From NCBI GenBank assembly GCA_951406725.2, contig OX597822.1:99758001-99822000 (forward strand): a stretch of 64,000 nt of DNA. Reading direction: 5' to 3'. Position 1 is the first letter of the stretch, and every line of letters starts with the position of its first letter. The notes below the pieces were generated by a model. The model ran no database searches. It was not told the origin of the DNA and was given only the letters and a program-made list of their open reading frames with translations. This document shows, piece after piece, positions 63,358-64,000 of this stretch. Made by a program: the position numbers and the translations under genes. This DNA is from Octopus vulgaris (lineage: Eukaryota).

Positions 63358-64000
63358 TGTCCCCCTTCCCATAACCATCATCGCCATGGTTCTCTATGCC
63401 CCCCCCCCTTCCCAAAACCATCATCGCCATATATAAAAGAGCGATCGCATTTATCGTTAACCCCACTCGCTTCGAAATATCTAAAGAATACGCACAGATC
63501 ATGAATGGCTAAAAGTTAAGTGAATCGTCCAACCTCGCTACGCCTACCTTCTTTCTTGCACTTATTCTTATTCTTTCTCTATTCTTCAATTTCCATCTCA
63601 TTGTATTGTCCCTCATTCTTTCAGTATTCCCTCATTACCCTGTCTAGCTCAAACATTTTTTTTCGTTTAGACTTGTCTACAGGTTCATAGCCACTCTGAT
63701 TTTTCAATTTTTCGTTTAGTGTTGTCTCCCGATTCATACAAACCCGTTTGCTAGCTCATACGATTAACAGAACCTCTTTACTCAGCTACGGTGTTATATT
63801 AGCTATCAATAATGATATTCCCTCTGATTTTTCTGATTTTCAAACCTATTTATCTAATGTTTATTTATCGACAATGCCGTCCCCAGTCAAATTCCCTCAC
63901 ACCGCTTATTGTCACGTGTCCCTTGACCTCTCTCTAACTAACCCTATCTCTCTCTCTATGTCCCCCCTTCCCATAACCATCATCGCCATGGTTCTCTATG
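63357..64000. repeat. Unclassified ~600-bp unit whose first 42 bp recur at the window end
   Basis: ATGTCCCCCTTCCCATAACCATCATCGCCATGGTTCTCTATG at 63357-63398 recurs at 63958-64000 (one extra C); partial internal copy near 63400-63430 followed by TATATAAAAG. Confidence 0.65.

Noticed and set aside
63430-63486. AGCGA/TCGCT stem followed by GAAATATC
   Set aside because: No CUGANGA or UUGANAA core upstream.

Overview
AT-rich, microsatellite-dense eukaryotic non-coding DNA (intronic or intergenic). I found no host exon I can defend, and nearly every supplied ORF is a translated microsatellite or repeat. The repeat repertoire suggests an octopod cephalopod (Octopus sp.); this is an inference. Contents: (1) four tRNA-headed SINE families, given local labels SINE-A, -C, -D and -E; (2) many 3' tails of an RTE-type LINE plus two RTE ORF remnants; (3) non-autonomous Helitrons, TTAA/hAT/TA MITEs and two decayed Tc1/mariner transposases; (4) a Dong/R4-like 3' end inside a (TAA)n tract. 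The main signal is a dense set of about 11 minimal type-I hammerhead-ribozyme (HHR) motifs from about 7 unrelated sequence families. Most have a palindromic mini helix III. Four loci carry divergent inverted HHR pairs typical of Penelope-like element (PLE) insertions. One pair flanks a decayed GIY-YIG endonuclease, and another flanks a tRNA-derived Pol III head (a candidate Penelope-mobilised ribozyme SINE). Two families carry a compensated U3-A8 core and one has an A6U core. All folds and alignments were done by eye, and repeat boundaries are approximate.
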